From positions 156,496-220,495 of the IMG/VR virus record IMGVR_UViG_3300042934_000980: a stretch of DNA of 64,000 bases; one strand, written 5' to 3'. Below the pieces are notes generated by a model. The model was not told the DNA's origin. It searched no databases and was given only the letters and a program-made list of their open reading frames with translations. A program made the translations under genes and the position numbers. Of the stretch, positions 43,115 through 52,794 are shown piece after piece; positions within the stretch are counted from its first letter, which is position 1, and each line of letters begins with the position of its first letter.

Positions 43115-43484
43115 GATCTGGTCTCCGTGGTACGGCGGGTTGAATGTGGAAGAAGAACGGTGTCAACCCTTTCCTCTCGCGCATCTGGTTCATCGTGAGT
43201 GTGAGACTGTTACTGGTGGGTTCAATGAACACGATCTCAAACCCTTCGGCGTCATTACTAAAGATCATGTCCATCGGATCTTCTTTGATAACCTTGAAGT
43301 AGGAGACTGCAAGCATCTCAATCCCCTCGTTAAGGTCGACGACAGCTTGATCGAAGGTTGGCCACTTTTCTGGCCATGCACCAGCTTGCTGAAGTTCTTT
43401 GAAGAATACCAACCCAGGCTCAATGGTCTTGCGCTTCTGATCTTCCAAGAGAAACTCTTGGAAGGGAATCGCTTTAGGTAGCAT
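43107..43484 (-). CDS. hypothetical protein
   Basis: 125 aa. Confidence 0.7.
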   Translation of the reverse strand: MLPKAIPFQEFLLEDQKRKTIEPGLVFFKELQQAGAWPEKWPTFDQAVVDLNEGIEMLAVSYFKVIKEDPMDMIFSNDAEGFEIVFIEPTSNSLTLTMNQMRERKGLTPFFFHIQPAVPRRPDHG

Positions 43485-43486
43485 GG

Positions 43487-43966
43487 TCAGACCCTCGTGT
43501 ATTCGATGTCGTGGACTTCGGGTTTGGCGGCGGCCTCTTTGGCCAGCCGGTCCGCTTCCTCGTTCTCCGGAATACCGGAGTGCGCCTTCACCTTGATGAA
43601 CTTAACCTTGTTTGCCCGCAGCAACTCGTTGAGGATCATCCACAGGTCTTTGTTCTTGACCATGGCACCGTCGCGGGTTAGCCAGTCATTGCGGTACCAG
43701 TTCTTCACCCACTTGGTAGACCCGTCAATGGTGTACTGGGAGTCCGTGTAGATATTGATCCGGGCGTTAGGACCAAACTCTTCGAGTGTGGCAATCACCG
43801 CCATCATTTCCATGCGGTTGTTGGTGGTCAGGAAATAGCCTTTTGAGAGTGTGACCTTAGTGTCTCCGCATCTCACTATCGCCGCATAACCACCAGGTCC
43901 TGGGTTACCGAGGGCACTGCCGTCGGTATGGACTTCATACACGATCGGTTCTTTCTTTTTCGTCAT
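43487..43966 (-). CDS. rnhA: ribonuclease HI
   Basis: TDGSALGNPGPGG, TNNRME, YTDSQY, VKNKDLW, KVKAHSG.PENEEADRLA; TAATG overlap sets start. Confidence 0.95.
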   Translation of the reverse strand: MTKKKEPIVYEVHTDGSALGNPGPGGYAAIVRCGDTKVTLSKGYFLTTNNRMEMMAVIATLEEFGPNARINIYTDSQYTIDGSTKWVKNWYRNDWLTRDGAMVKNKDLWMILNELLRANKVKFIKVKAHSGIPENEEADRLAKEAAAKPEVHDIEYTRV

Positions 43967-44946
43967 TAGCACACCGCGCTTAGTCGTAGATATTCTCTAG
44001 TGTTGATTTGTTTGATTACTTTAAGCCTGGACTGAATGCACTCTTCCACGTACTCAAGGATGGAGTCCAAGTGTTGTTCGCCCTTGATCTTGAGCTGATG
44101 GGTCAACCAATCATCAAATGCACCGGCTGGGGCGTTATAGGGTACTCCAAGGTCAACGCTGTCTTCAACTGTTACCCAAAAGTTGTCGTCGCTCTGACTG
44201 TCTTTAATCACGACCAAGTTAAAAGAGGGCAAGGTAATGATAAAGTGATCAAACTTGTTTCTAAGTTCTACATTCGGGAAATTACCCGTAAAGTGCTCTA
44301 GTCGGGTTCTTACCAACGTCACGTTGGATCCACTGGCCAGCCAAACATCGTCCAGCGAGGTGCGACCTAAGAAGATAGCCTCTCCAGTTATAGAGACGTC
44401 AGACAGACCGCACTTGATTATCTCAACCGTGCCACCTTCCTTTATATCAATCTGTACATCGAACAGCGTGGAGTCCACCACTACCCCAGGACCGTCTATG
44501 GAGACGCTGTGCGCCCGTACGTCATGGAACTGAATACCTTTGGCAGCTGGATTATTGTACCCCCGAACAGAGGAGAGACGACTGCCGATTACGTCACAGT
44601 CTTCCAGTCTGCAGGCCTCAATATCGGCCGCCCCAAAGAACGTTACGTTAGTCAAGTCCGAGCATTGAACTTTAAGCACACTTTCCAAGACGGGCGGGGC
44701 GCTGGGGTCATTATTGTAGTTTTCTATCACACCTTCCTCAATCCAGCGCTTGATAAAGCTGTCCGACTTCAAGGAGATCGTGCAATCCCCGTTCAGATAG
44801 ATCTTGACAGGATGATCCAAGATCGTTAGGTCATACTGCTCGTTCAGCCCTCGGTTGTACGGCATGTGCAATTCTAAACGCTCTGAGACAGTGGGGGTCA
44901 GTTTAACTCCATCCATCCATACACCCGTTTCTTTGTCGGTTTCCAT
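43966..44946 (-). CDS. beta-helix/pentapeptide-like repeat protein, paralog of 45013..46389
   Basis: 5-residue-periodic S/C/L repeats; C-terminal Y..E...SRLKVI motif; start placed at METDK. Confidence 0.7.
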   Translation of the reverse strand: METDKETGVWMDGVKLTPTVSERLELHMPYNRGLNEQYDLTILDHPVKIYLNGDCTISLKSDSFIKRWIEEGVIENYNNDPSAPPVLESVLKVQCSDLTNVTFFGAADIEACRLEDCDVIGSRLSSVRGYNNPAAKGIQFHDVRAHSVSIDGPGVVVDSTLFDVQIDIKEGGTVEIIKCGLSDVSITGEAIFLGRTSLDDVWLASGSNVTLVRTRLEHFTGNFPNVELRNKFDHFIITLPSFNLVVIKDSQSDDNFWVTVEDSVDLGVPYNAPAGAFDDWLTHQLKIKGEQHLDSILEYVEECIQSRLKVIKQINTREYLRLSAVC

Positions 44947-45012
44947 CTCTACTCCAATCAAAAATAAGGTTAGCCTCCGCCAGGGGGTTAGCCTGACGGA
45001 GGACATTAACGG

Positions 45013-46389
45013 TTAGGCGGAATACATGTCGTCCCACGCGTGGTTTTTTGCACCGACATCACGCACCAATTGCTTGGCTTCGTCGATCAGCTGGATCACC
45101 TTCAGGCGCGACATCACCGACTCGGTCAGGTAGTTGGCAAAACTGCGGGTGATCGAGGTCTCAGCCACCGGGAAGCCTTCTTCGTCGATGGACATGACCC
45201 CTGAGATGACTTTGCGCACCTCCTCAATGGTGCAGTTAAGCTTAAGGCGCTGCAGGTTGTACACCGACGTCCCCAAGTCAAACTCGCGATTAGACGCACG
45301 CACCAGGAACATTTTGCTGGCGGGGGTGTCCAACGACAGGTAGTTGAACTTGTTGAGGATGTGGATGGTCTTGCCCGAGAACATCAGGTTGTTGAACACA
45401 CTGTACTTGATCAGCAGTTCAGCTTCCGAACGCACGGTGCAGCTACCCAAGTTGACGTTCTTAAGCGTCATGCGGGTGCCCGACAGAGTGGTCTTGTCCA
45501 GATAGGACCGACTAGCGCTGGTAAAGCCGCTGGCTTCGATGGTGCAGCGGTTGAACTGGCATTCCAGGTACGAACCTTGGGTGATCATCGAATTGACCAC
45601 CGTGGTGCGTTTGAATTGCGACTCCGACACAGTCGCTCGGGATTTGATCGATTCGATCTTTTTACCGCTTATTTCCCACGGCTTGTCCACTGCGTGGTCG
45701 GCAAAGAGACCGTTATACCCGTACCCGTGAGGCGTTACGACGTCTTCGGTTGCAATCAGCGCGCTGCTATTGAGCAGGTTCTTCTGGGAGATAACGTTGA
45801 TCAACGCCGCTTCCCCCACGACGGTGTCATCGGTGCTCGACGAGTTAACCAGCGCCATTATGCTTTTGCGTGCCGCTACTGAGCCACCTTCGAAACCAAA
45901 TCGGTTACGTCTATTTTCCTTGATGTTGAGTTCCACGCTCGATTCATCGTCGAGCAGGTAGTAGTTTTGGTTAACCCCCACCTTGACGCTGAACAGTTTG
46001 AATTCCCGGTCGCTTACCCGGTAGCCGTGAGTGCCTGGCAGGTGGATGGCCTCGCCCAGTTCTTTGATGTAGATGGAGGTGAGGTCGGTTTTGATGCCGG
46101 TGGCGATCGGTTCGATTTCAACGCCATCAACGGTGACAGTACCCAGCTTACGGTTCATACCACGCCCCGCTGCTTTAAGGATGCGTTCTGCGTTCTGGAT
46201 TTGGCGATCGGTTGGTGAAGCGTCAACAGGCTGGGCTTCTTCAACCTTGTGGGCCGCCCCTGGAAGCTTGATGGAGACAACGGTGTCATCCGGTTCACCG
46301 CCGAAGGCTTGCTTGACCTCAGGTGTTACAACAAGGTCTTTGACTTTGCCCGTGGTCACGGTGGCGGTTTTCTTTTCCGGTTTACTCAT
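45013..46389 (-). CDS. beta-helix/pentapeptide-like repeat protein
   Basis: 458 aa; repeats SQFKRTTVVNSMITQ..CQFNRCTIEAS; NKF and SRLKVI motifs shared with next gene. Confidence 0.7.
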   Translation of the reverse strand: MSKPEKKTATVTTGKVKDLVVTPEVKQAFGGEPDDTVVSIKLPGAAHKVEEAQPVDASPTDRQIQNAERILKAAGRGMNRKLGTVTVDGVEIEPIATGIKTDLTSIYIKELGEAIHLPGTHGYRVSDREFKLFSVKVGVNQNYYLLDDESSVELNIKENRRNRFGFEGGSVAARKSIMALVNSSSTDDTVVGEAALINVISQKNLLNSSALIATEDVVTPHGYGYNGLFADHAVDKPWEISGKKIESIKSRATVSESQFKRTTVVNSMITQGSYLECQFNRCTIEASGFTSASRSYLDKTTLSGTRMTLKNVNLGSCTVRSEAELLIKYSVFNNLMFSGKTIHILNKFNYLSLDTPASKMFLVRASNREFDLGTSVYNLQRLKLNCTIEEVRKVISGVMSIDEEGFPVAETSITRSFANYLTESVMSRLKVIQLIDEAKQLVRDVGAKNHAWDDMYSA

Positions 46390-48386
46390 TGTACTGCCCC
46401 TGTTTTGAGAATGGTGATGAGAGCGTCAATGCTCGATGCATCGGTTGCGTTGATCGTAGGAATACTGAGCTCGGTAGCCTTAAGTACTTTGCTCTGCCCC
46501 GCCTTTTCCCCGATCAACAGGTAGTTACAGTCTTTGGTCAATTTATCAACCAGCTCGATACCATGGTCGGCGAAGTAATCAATCAATTCTTCGCGCGATT
46601 GCCCCAAGGTGCCGGTGATGCACACCTTAAGTTCGTTGCTGGCCGGAACGGTGTAATCGATCTTGAGCAGATTGATCAACCCTACCGCATTGGTGACAAA
46701 GTCTTGGCTTTCAAAGCTTAGACTGATCGGGATGGCAATGCCTGCCGAAATCCCGGGAACCTTTTGCAGTTCTTGCGGTTTAGCCAGCCAGTCCAGCAAA
46801 CGCTGACCTTCGTGGTTTTGCTGCACCTGTTCCCACTTGGGGATGTGCGCTGCCAGTTTCTTGGCTCGCACCAAGTCCACGTTAGGTAAGCCCAACGCTT
46901 TGATCACCACATGCACCGGGACCGGGTTGTTCTTGATCGCTTGGATGCGCTCGTAAACTTTCTCCGGCACGGCGGTGAATGGCAGCAGTAAGACGTCCAT
47001 CGGGTATTGGATAAACTTGTTTTCCACCAACGCCGCCAACGTCACCGGACCCAGCCCGTCAATGTCCAACGTGCGCTTGTGCACCAGGTTAATGCACCGG
47101 CCGATCAGTTGCGCCGGGCAGTCGGTAAGGTTGGTGCAGATCAGGTCCGCACTTTGTTTACCCACCCGCACTTCCAATACACAGCCGCAGCTTGGGCAAT
47201 CTTCAGGGTGCTTAAGCACCGGGCCTTTACCACCCTCGATCACCCGGTTAAGCCGTGGGATAACGTCCCCGTTGCGGGTAATCCCCACCACCGACCCCTT
47301 ACGCAGCTCCAGCGCAATGAATTGCTTGTAGTTGTCCAGGTTCGCCCGGGTACAGGTCACACCCCCGATGATCACAGGACGGTAGAGAGCCACCGGAATA
47401 ACCCGCCCGGTTGCAGCTGTCGACCACACCACGTCTTCCAGCGTACTGACTTCTTCCACGTCTGGGAACTTGTACGCGATGCCCCAGTTGGGGTACCGGT
47501 TGTTGACCCCCAGCTCTTTTTGCAAGGCAAAGCTGTTGGCCCGCACCACCACCCCGTCCATGGGAACGTTTGGATGCCGTGCATTGTTCTTCATATCGTC
47601 GGGATGACGGATTTGTGGCGGAGCCATGAAGCCTTGGTTGATGCACCACGTGCGCTGCTCTTCATAGGTATCAAACCACACATCACTCATCCAGTAAGCG
47701 GCAAATTGCAACTTACCCATGATGGCTGGGTCTTGGTTATCCGGCAGGGCGCGGATCCAGCCGCTGACCGCGTTACGTGGGGTGGCCTTCTGTTTAACCG
47801 AAGTTTCGTTGTACCGGTGGAAGTCATCCAGCAGGACAAACGCTTCACCACGAATGGCGATGTCCACATCAAACAGTTCGCCGTTGTCACCTTTGAGCGT
47901 ACGGGGGATGTACGCAAAGAGTGGCAAGGCGTGCATGACGTCTTCACCAATCAACCCATCCCCTCGGGTGGCCATGGCTACCAATCTACCGCGGGTGTAG
48001 ACCAGCTCCAACGCCAACCCATCAATCTTGGCGTCTTTGAACAGTTGTTCGTCGGTCAGCTTCTTGCTTTCCTGCCACTTGTCCACCGCTTCCAGCGTCA
48101 GGGCCTTCTTAAGGCTCAGCATGGGGTGATCGAACTTTACCGCGGTCAAACCCTGGTTGGTCGGTTCATGGATCGGCACAGGCTTCTGAGCGGTCTCAAA
48201 CAGCTCGGCAATCTCGGGGTGGTTTTCAGCCAACACCTCAAAACGTTCCACCAGCTCGTCATAGACGTGGTTGGGGACCTCTTGGGTGTCTTTGTTAAAG
48301 TACAGGTCGGCGTGATGAGTGATCTGCCGGTTGAGGTCATGCATTTCCTCGTAGACAGTTTTGTATTCAGGTTTCATGGTGTTCAA
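46386..48386 (-). CDS. ligA: NAD-dependent DNA ligase
   Basis: HPMLSL, KIDG adenylation motif, ATRGDG..GEDV, AYKFP, CPSC/C..C zinc finger, HhH repeats, C-terminal BRCT. Confidence 0.95.
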   Translation of the reverse strand: MNTMKPEYKTVYEEMHDLNRQITHHADLYFNKDTQEVPNHVYDELVERFEVLAENHPEIAELFETAQKPVPIHEPTNQGLTAVKFDHPMLSLKKALTLEAVDKWQESKKLTDEQLFKDAKIDGLALELVYTRGRLVAMATRGDGLIGEDVMHALPLFAYIPRTLKGDNGELFDVDIAIRGEAFVLLDDFHRYNETSVKQKATPRNAVSGWIRALPDNQDPAIMGKLQFAAYWMSDVWFDTYEEQRTWCINQGFMAPPQIRHPDDMKNNARHPNVPMDGVVVRANSFALQKELGVNNRYPNWGIAYKFPDVEEVSTLEDVVWSTAATGRVIPVALYRPVIIGGVTCTRANLDNYKQFIALELRKGSVVGITRNGDVIPRLNRVIEGGKGPVLKHPEDCPSCGCVLEVRVGKQSADLICTNLTDCPAQLIGRCINLVHKRTLDIDGLGPVTLAALVENKFIQYPMDVLLLPFTAVPEKVYERIQAIKNNPVPVHVVIKALGLPNVDLVRAKKLAAHIPKWEQVQQNHEGQRLLDWLAKPQELQKVPGISAGIAIPISLSFESQDFVTNAVGLINLLKIDYTVPASNELKVCITGTLGQSREELIDYFADHGIELVDKLTKDCNYLLIGEKAGQSKVLKATELSIPTINATDASSIDALITILKTGAVQ

Positions 48387-48465
48387 GACCTTTGAAAAAT
48401 GAGAAAGCGGAATAAACCCTAGGTAACCGGGATAGGCCTAAACCTACCCCAGTCCCTAGGTCACT

Positions 48466-48906
48466 TCATGCACGGACTTTGTGACGCTCTGCGTGAATCT
48501 CAGCCAACAGCTTAAGGTCGATCATGTCCTGCTGGCGTTTGGCCAGTGGACGCTGGTGCTCGGCGTAACCGCCACGCTTTTGCAGGATCAACCCCATCAC
48601 GTCGAACACCTGGAAGCCCTCGATCACTTCGTGGTTAAACCACATGTTGCGCTGACGGATGTAGTACTTGGGGGTGGGGAGTTGAATGACCGTGTCACGC
48701 AGGGGGTGCACCAACACCTTGCAGTCTTCGGCCAAGCGCATGAACTGATCAGATTCGATCCACAGGTTCAGATCGTCCGTCGACTCACGCAACCCCATCA
48801 GGACCATTGCCGCGCCACCGCCGACGGTGATGTACTTGACAGGAACCTTGTGCTCGGCGCTGAAACGGTGGATGCCCTGAATAACTTCTTGCTTGTTGTT
48901 AAACAT
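48466..48906 (-). CDS. minimal nucleotidyltransferase-like protein (degenerate active site)
   Basis: VGGGAAMVLMGLRESTDDLN; second catalytic Asp replaced by Asn. Confidence 0.7.
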   Translation of the reverse strand: MFNNKQEVIQGIHRFSAEHKVPVKYITVGGGAAMVLMGLRESTDDLNLWIESDQFMRLAEDCKVLVHPLRDTVIQLPTPKYYIRQRNMWFNHEVIEGFQVFDVMGLILQKRGGYAEHQRPLAKRQQDMIDLKLLAEIHAERHKVRA

Positions 48907-49003
48907 AATGGAACCTTAAATGGATCGGTAGTGCGTCAGTAGAAGGGAGGTTGCGTGGGGTCGATACAAAGGTACTCAGTAAAGACAAGACCCCACCGAA
49001 CAG

Positions 49004-49441
49004 TTAAGCCATGCGTGCGGTCAACTTGGGAGAGCGCACCAGCGATTCAAGCTGGACAATCTCCATCAAGTCTTTCTCACGCTTGTTAGGGGCGCGGTTA
49101 GGCATGCTGGCCAAGTGGCGCTTTTGCAACAGCAGTTCATTAGGGCTGTACACCCAAACACCGTCGATACACACCACCCCAGTGTTGTCACTGAGTTCGT
49201 GCAGATCAACAAATTCGTTGTACGCCACCCGAGGACTTACATTCTCCTCGTGGATGACGTTGCGACTAATCGAAGCCCAGCGAAATACATTGCCGGGGAT
49301 ATCCACGTCCATGTCGTTGGTGCACGGGCGAACACCCATCATCACCAATGCCGAACCTGCACTCAGTACCACTCGGTGCGCCGGCTCGTTCAACTCCTTA
49401 ACTAACTTGTGGTACTCGCGGATCAACTGATCTTTGTTCAT
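49004..49441 (-). CDS. minimal pol-beta-type nucleotidyltransferase
   Basis: SAGSALVMMGVRPCTNDMDVD, VDLH, L.QK...R..KREKD. Confidence 0.8.
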   Translation of the reverse strand: MNKDQLIREYHKLVKELNEPAHRVVLSAGSALVMMGVRPCTNDMDVDIPGNVFRWASISRNVIHEENVSPRVAYNEFVDLHELSDNTGVVCIDGVWVYSPNELLLQKRHLASMPNRAPNKREKDLMEIVQLESLVRSPKLTARMA

Positions 49442-49853
49442 TGCTATTCTGCCTCGGCTGCATGATGATTAAGGCCGGGGCAACAGCCCTCAGCTTATTA
49501 AAAAATTGCGCTGCATCCCACTGGTTTACGCTCTTACGCACGTAAGGGGTAAACGGAGAACTCAAGATAAAGTTCTCAAAGGCAACCCGCAACATTTCAA
49601 ATTTGAAAGAGTGCGGGAAAGACGCACCGTTGTTCCGAATGCGTTCGACAGCGGTATCAACTCGAACCGCGTCTAAGGGGACGTCAACACCCCATTCCGG
49701 AAAACGTTTGCGAATAACAAAGTACCAAGTATCGTGTTCATTGACTAAGCCTAAGACCAGCGAGCTTTTGTCAGTGCAAGACCTAACTTCAAAAGTAAGG
49801 GAGTCGAAAGCCCCTTCTGACTCAGGGGCTTTCGAGCGACTGGAGACGTTCAT
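49398..49853 (-). CDS. hypothetical protein (start uncertain)
   Basis: 151-aa ORF, but 5' part contains a 12-bp terminator-like hairpin at 49804-49835. Confidence 0.45.
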   Translation of the reverse strand: MNVSSRSKAPESEGAFDSLTFEVRSCTDKSSLVLGLVNEHDTWYFVIRKRFPEWGVDVPLDAVRVDTAVERIRNNGASFPHSFKFEMLRVAFENFILSSPFTPYVRKSVNQWDAAQFFNKLRAVAPALIIMQPRQNSNEQRSVDPRVPQVS

Positions 49854-49854
49854 A

Positions 49855-50145
49855 TCAATGCAACGACACCGGCAGCTGAGGGACGGAGGTGATGTAGCGG
49901 ATCAGGTTCTCCACACTCCGTTGTGTGGTGAAGTCAGCCGCCGGGTTTAGCAAGGTGTAATTCAGAACTTGCGTGCCCGTTTCATCGAAGTTCACCACGG
50001 CTTGGTTGAAACCAAAGAACGTGATGATGGCGGTTTTGGGTTGAGTGGGATCGTTGTTCACGTTAACCGTGGCAACGCCTTCGCCAAGGTGGTTAGGTGC
50101 CAACGAGCCGTCGGGCTGTTGCGACACGTTGATCTGGTAGTTCAT
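49855..50145 (-). CDS. hypothetical (early) protein
   Basis: 96 aa, AAGGAG SD, TATATTAC upstream. Confidence 0.75.
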   Translation of the reverse strand: MNYQINVSQQPDGSLAPNHLGEGVATVNVNNDPTQPKTAIITFFGFNQAVVNFDETGTQVLNYTLLNPAADFTTQRSVENLIRYITSVPQLPVSLH

Positions 50146-50262
50146 GATACAAAGACTCCTTCAGGGTCTCAAAAGTTAAAAGTACGGTTTGCTCCATAAA
50201 CATGGGGCGTAGTGTCCTAATACCACCTAGCTGATGAGACATCTGAGTCTGCACTCAACTAG

Positions 50263-50270
50263 GTAATATA
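50263..50270 (-). promoter_or_regulatory. early promoter core TATATTAC
   Basis: exact motif, intergenic. Confidence 0.7.
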
Positions 50271-50282
50271 GGTTTCAAAAAT

Positions 50283-52748
50283 TTAAGCGATGACACTGTT
50301 ACGGTTAACCTCACCCGGCATTGTCAGTCCCTCATAACGTAGGCCGATAATGTTGGGGTTGTCAAAGATCCCGTACTGGGCAATGTAGTGCGACACGATG
50401 AACAGCTGCTTGTGCGATTTGCTGCGGGTGTAGTCTTGAACGTAGTTAAAGAACCGCCCGCGGTTGATCTCGTCCAAGTTCACCCCCACCTCGTCCATGA
50501 TCAGTGGGTATTCGTCGGGGTAGTAATTGAGCATGACAAACCGGAACGTCCAGTCGATCAGGTCTCGTTCCCCTGCACTGCAATCGGTCACATCAGGGTT
50601 TGGGTCGCCTTCCCCCACCACCACTGGAAACTTGTAGGTCAAATCCCCGTTGGCCTTGGCGCACGGCTTGATAAAGAGTGTGGTGTTCCACACAGCCTTT
50701 AAGACCGCGTTCATGTTGGCGCACACCGCCTTGATGAAGTCGCCCATCAGTTTACCGATCACCCCCTTGTTGGGGCACAACCCGTCCTGACAGATCTCCA
50801 CAATCAACAGCCGGCGCTTCATGCGTTCGATGTCTTCGGAGATCGAGTTTACCACCGCCGTCAAGCTACGGTTTTTAATGATTGAGGTCATGTAGTCCTC
50901 TTTCTCAGAGGTGAGCATCATGATCCGGTCATCGACCTTCTGACGAAACTCATACTTGCCTTGGTTGGCCAAGCCCTTCATGATCTCTTCACGCAGACGA
51001 CGCAAAGTTTCCAAGTCGGTGTCGTAGGACAAAATAGCCGCCAGCTGGCGCTTCATCGATTCCACTTTACCGCGGTAGTAGGAGACCTTATTGTTCTCCT
51101 CGTGCAGCTCACGTTCCAAACCTTCCACGTACGAAGCCACAAACAGGACGTTGTTACGGTCCAGCAGGCCTATGCGAGTCTCCAGCAGGTTTTGTTCTTT
51201 GAGCAGCTCCGCTTTATGGCTCTTAAGCTTAGAGCGCTCCACGTAGCCTTGCAGAGCGTTTAACAACCGGTTGGTCTCAGCCTTACCGATCTCGTACTCG
51301 CGGATCAGTTGGGGCAGGATCTTGACGTGACCGTTTTCGCGCACAAACATGTACAGCTGGTTCATGCTCATGTACCAGTCGCTGTCGTTCTCGATCTTAG
51401 CCACCAGGTTCTTAAGCCGCTCTTCCATGCGCTCAATGTTCTTGTTCAAGGCATCGCGCCGGCCTTTAAGGTTGGCAATGTCCTGCGGGGTAATGCCGAT
51501 CTTGAACTTGTGCGTGCAGTCCGGACACTCCACCACTTCGGCCCGTTCATAGTGCTTGAGCTGGTGGGTCATGTCACTGGCTGTTTGCTTGGCTTGGCGA
51601 ATCTGGTTGGTCAGCTGCTCTTGTTCACGCAACCAGTCCTTGTACCCCGCGCCTGTCACTGAGGGGTCACTGGCCAAGGTCACCCGGTACAGGTAGCTTC
51701 TCAAGGTTTCATGGATCACTTCGATGTTGGCAAAGTCCGCTTCCGGGTCGTTAAACACCGGGTAGGCTTTGAGCAGCAGGTCGTGTTGCTCCAGCTGTTC
51801 ATTGATCTCCACCAATTCTTCGTTGATCTGCTTGGCTTGGCTTTTGAACACCTCAGGGTCTGCCAAGAACTCTTCCAAGCCTTCCAGTACCGAGGCGTTC
51901 TCAGCGATCGCCCCTTTGAGCACCAGGGCTTGGTCTTGGTGCAGGCTCATGAGGTTATTGTGGGTCTCAATGGCCGCTTCAAGTTCATGCCGGGTAAAGA
52001 TAAACCCGGACAGTTTGTTCACCGTCAGCTTATCGGTCAGCTGGGTGAACTCTTGGATGTGGTCGTTAACGCGCCGGTCCAACGTTACTCCATCCAGGCT
52101 GCCGCGCACCAACAAGCACTGACGCAGTTCCCCGTCCAGTAGCTTGATCCGGTTTTCCAACTCTTCCACGCCACACTCGGTGATGGTGGTCAGCTTGCGG
52201 TTCTCTTCGGTGTACCGGTTGATCTGGTTTTTGATCGCGCCCTTAAGGTCGTTACGCTCTTGGCGCAGCTTATTGAACACGTCCAAGGCGTAATCGGTGT
52301 TGTTGGGGTAGAGCTGCATGAACACGTCTTTGCGCCGCGCAGCACTCATGCCTGACAACAGGTCAGTCACCCGCAGGCCACTTAAGACCCGGTTAAGCCC
52401 CGGGTCCAAACGAAAGTAACTCTCGACCAGTTCTTTTTGTGAGGTGTAGGTGCCGCCGGTATTGAGCTCTTTACCGTTAAGCTTAAAACTGTGACCGTTA
52501 CCCATCCCGGTGTAAGAGTCCAGTACAAAGTGTTTGTTGCCCACTTTGCGTTCCACGTATTTGCGCCCACCGGCTTTGTAGTTTCCGTTCTCAGGCGGCA
52601 GCATGTTGAGTTCTTTCAGAATGCTCGTTTTACCCGTGCCGTTCTGAGAAATAAACAAGTTGATCATTTCATGGGTGTCAAGTTCCACCCGGTGAATTCC
52701 CTTACCCAGTAAAGGAATGTAGTTTTCCAGGATAAGTTTAAGTAACAT
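50283..52748 (-). CDS. sbcC: SbcC/Rad50-like SMC ATPase (phiKZ gp165-like)
   Basis: Walker A SQNGTGKT, coiled coil with CPDC hook, CSAGE signature, Walker B LIMDE, H-loop IVSH; start placed at MLLKL. Confidence 0.9.
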   Translation of the reverse strand: MLLKLILENYIPLLGKGIHRVELDTHEMINLFISQNGTGKTSILKELNMLPPENGNYKAGGRKYVERKVGNKHFVLDSYTGMGNGHSFKLNGKELNTGGTYTSQKELVESYFRLDPGLNRVLSGLRVTDLLSGMSAARRKDVFMQLYPNNTDYALDVFNKLRQERNDLKGAIKNQINRYTEENRKLTTITECGVEELENRIKLLDGELRQCLLVRGSLDGVTLDRRVNDHIQEFTQLTDKLTVNKLSGFIFTRHELEAAIETHNNLMSLHQDQALVLKGAIAENASVLEGLEEFLADPEVFKSQAKQINEELVEINEQLEQHDLLLKAYPVFNDPEADFANIEVIHETLRSYLYRVTLASDPSVTGAGYKDWLREQEQLTNQIRQAKQTASDMTHQLKHYERAEVVECPDCTHKFKIGITPQDIANLKGRRDALNKNIERMEERLKNLVAKIENDSDWYMSMNQLYMFVRENGHVKILPQLIREYEIGKAETNRLLNALQGYVERSKLKSHKAELLKEQNLLETRIGLLDRNNVLFVASYVEGLERELHEENNKVSYYRGKVESMKRQLAAILSYDTDLETLRRLREEIMKGLANQGKYEFRQKVDDRIMMLTSEKEDYMTSIIKNRSLTAVVNSISEDIERMKRRLLIVEICQDGLCPNKGVIGKLMGDFIKAVCANMNAVLKAVWNTTLFIKPCAKANGDLTYKFPVVVGEGDPNPDVTDCSAGERDLIDWTFRFVMLNYYPDEYPLIMDEVGVNLDEINRGRFFNYVQDYTRSKSHKQLFIVSHYIAQYGIFDNPNIIGLRYEGLTMPGEVNRNSVIA

Positions 52749-52794
52749 GATATAGTTTCTTTCAATGAAGTGTCTACAGAATGAGGTTTGAGGT

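Noticed and set aside
49640-49680. GCGGTTCGAGT..ACCGC hairpin (minus strand) resembling a tRNA T-arm
   Set aside because: Loop size is wrong, and no acceptor stem, D-arm or anticodon arm can be built; no tRNA was found anywhere by eye
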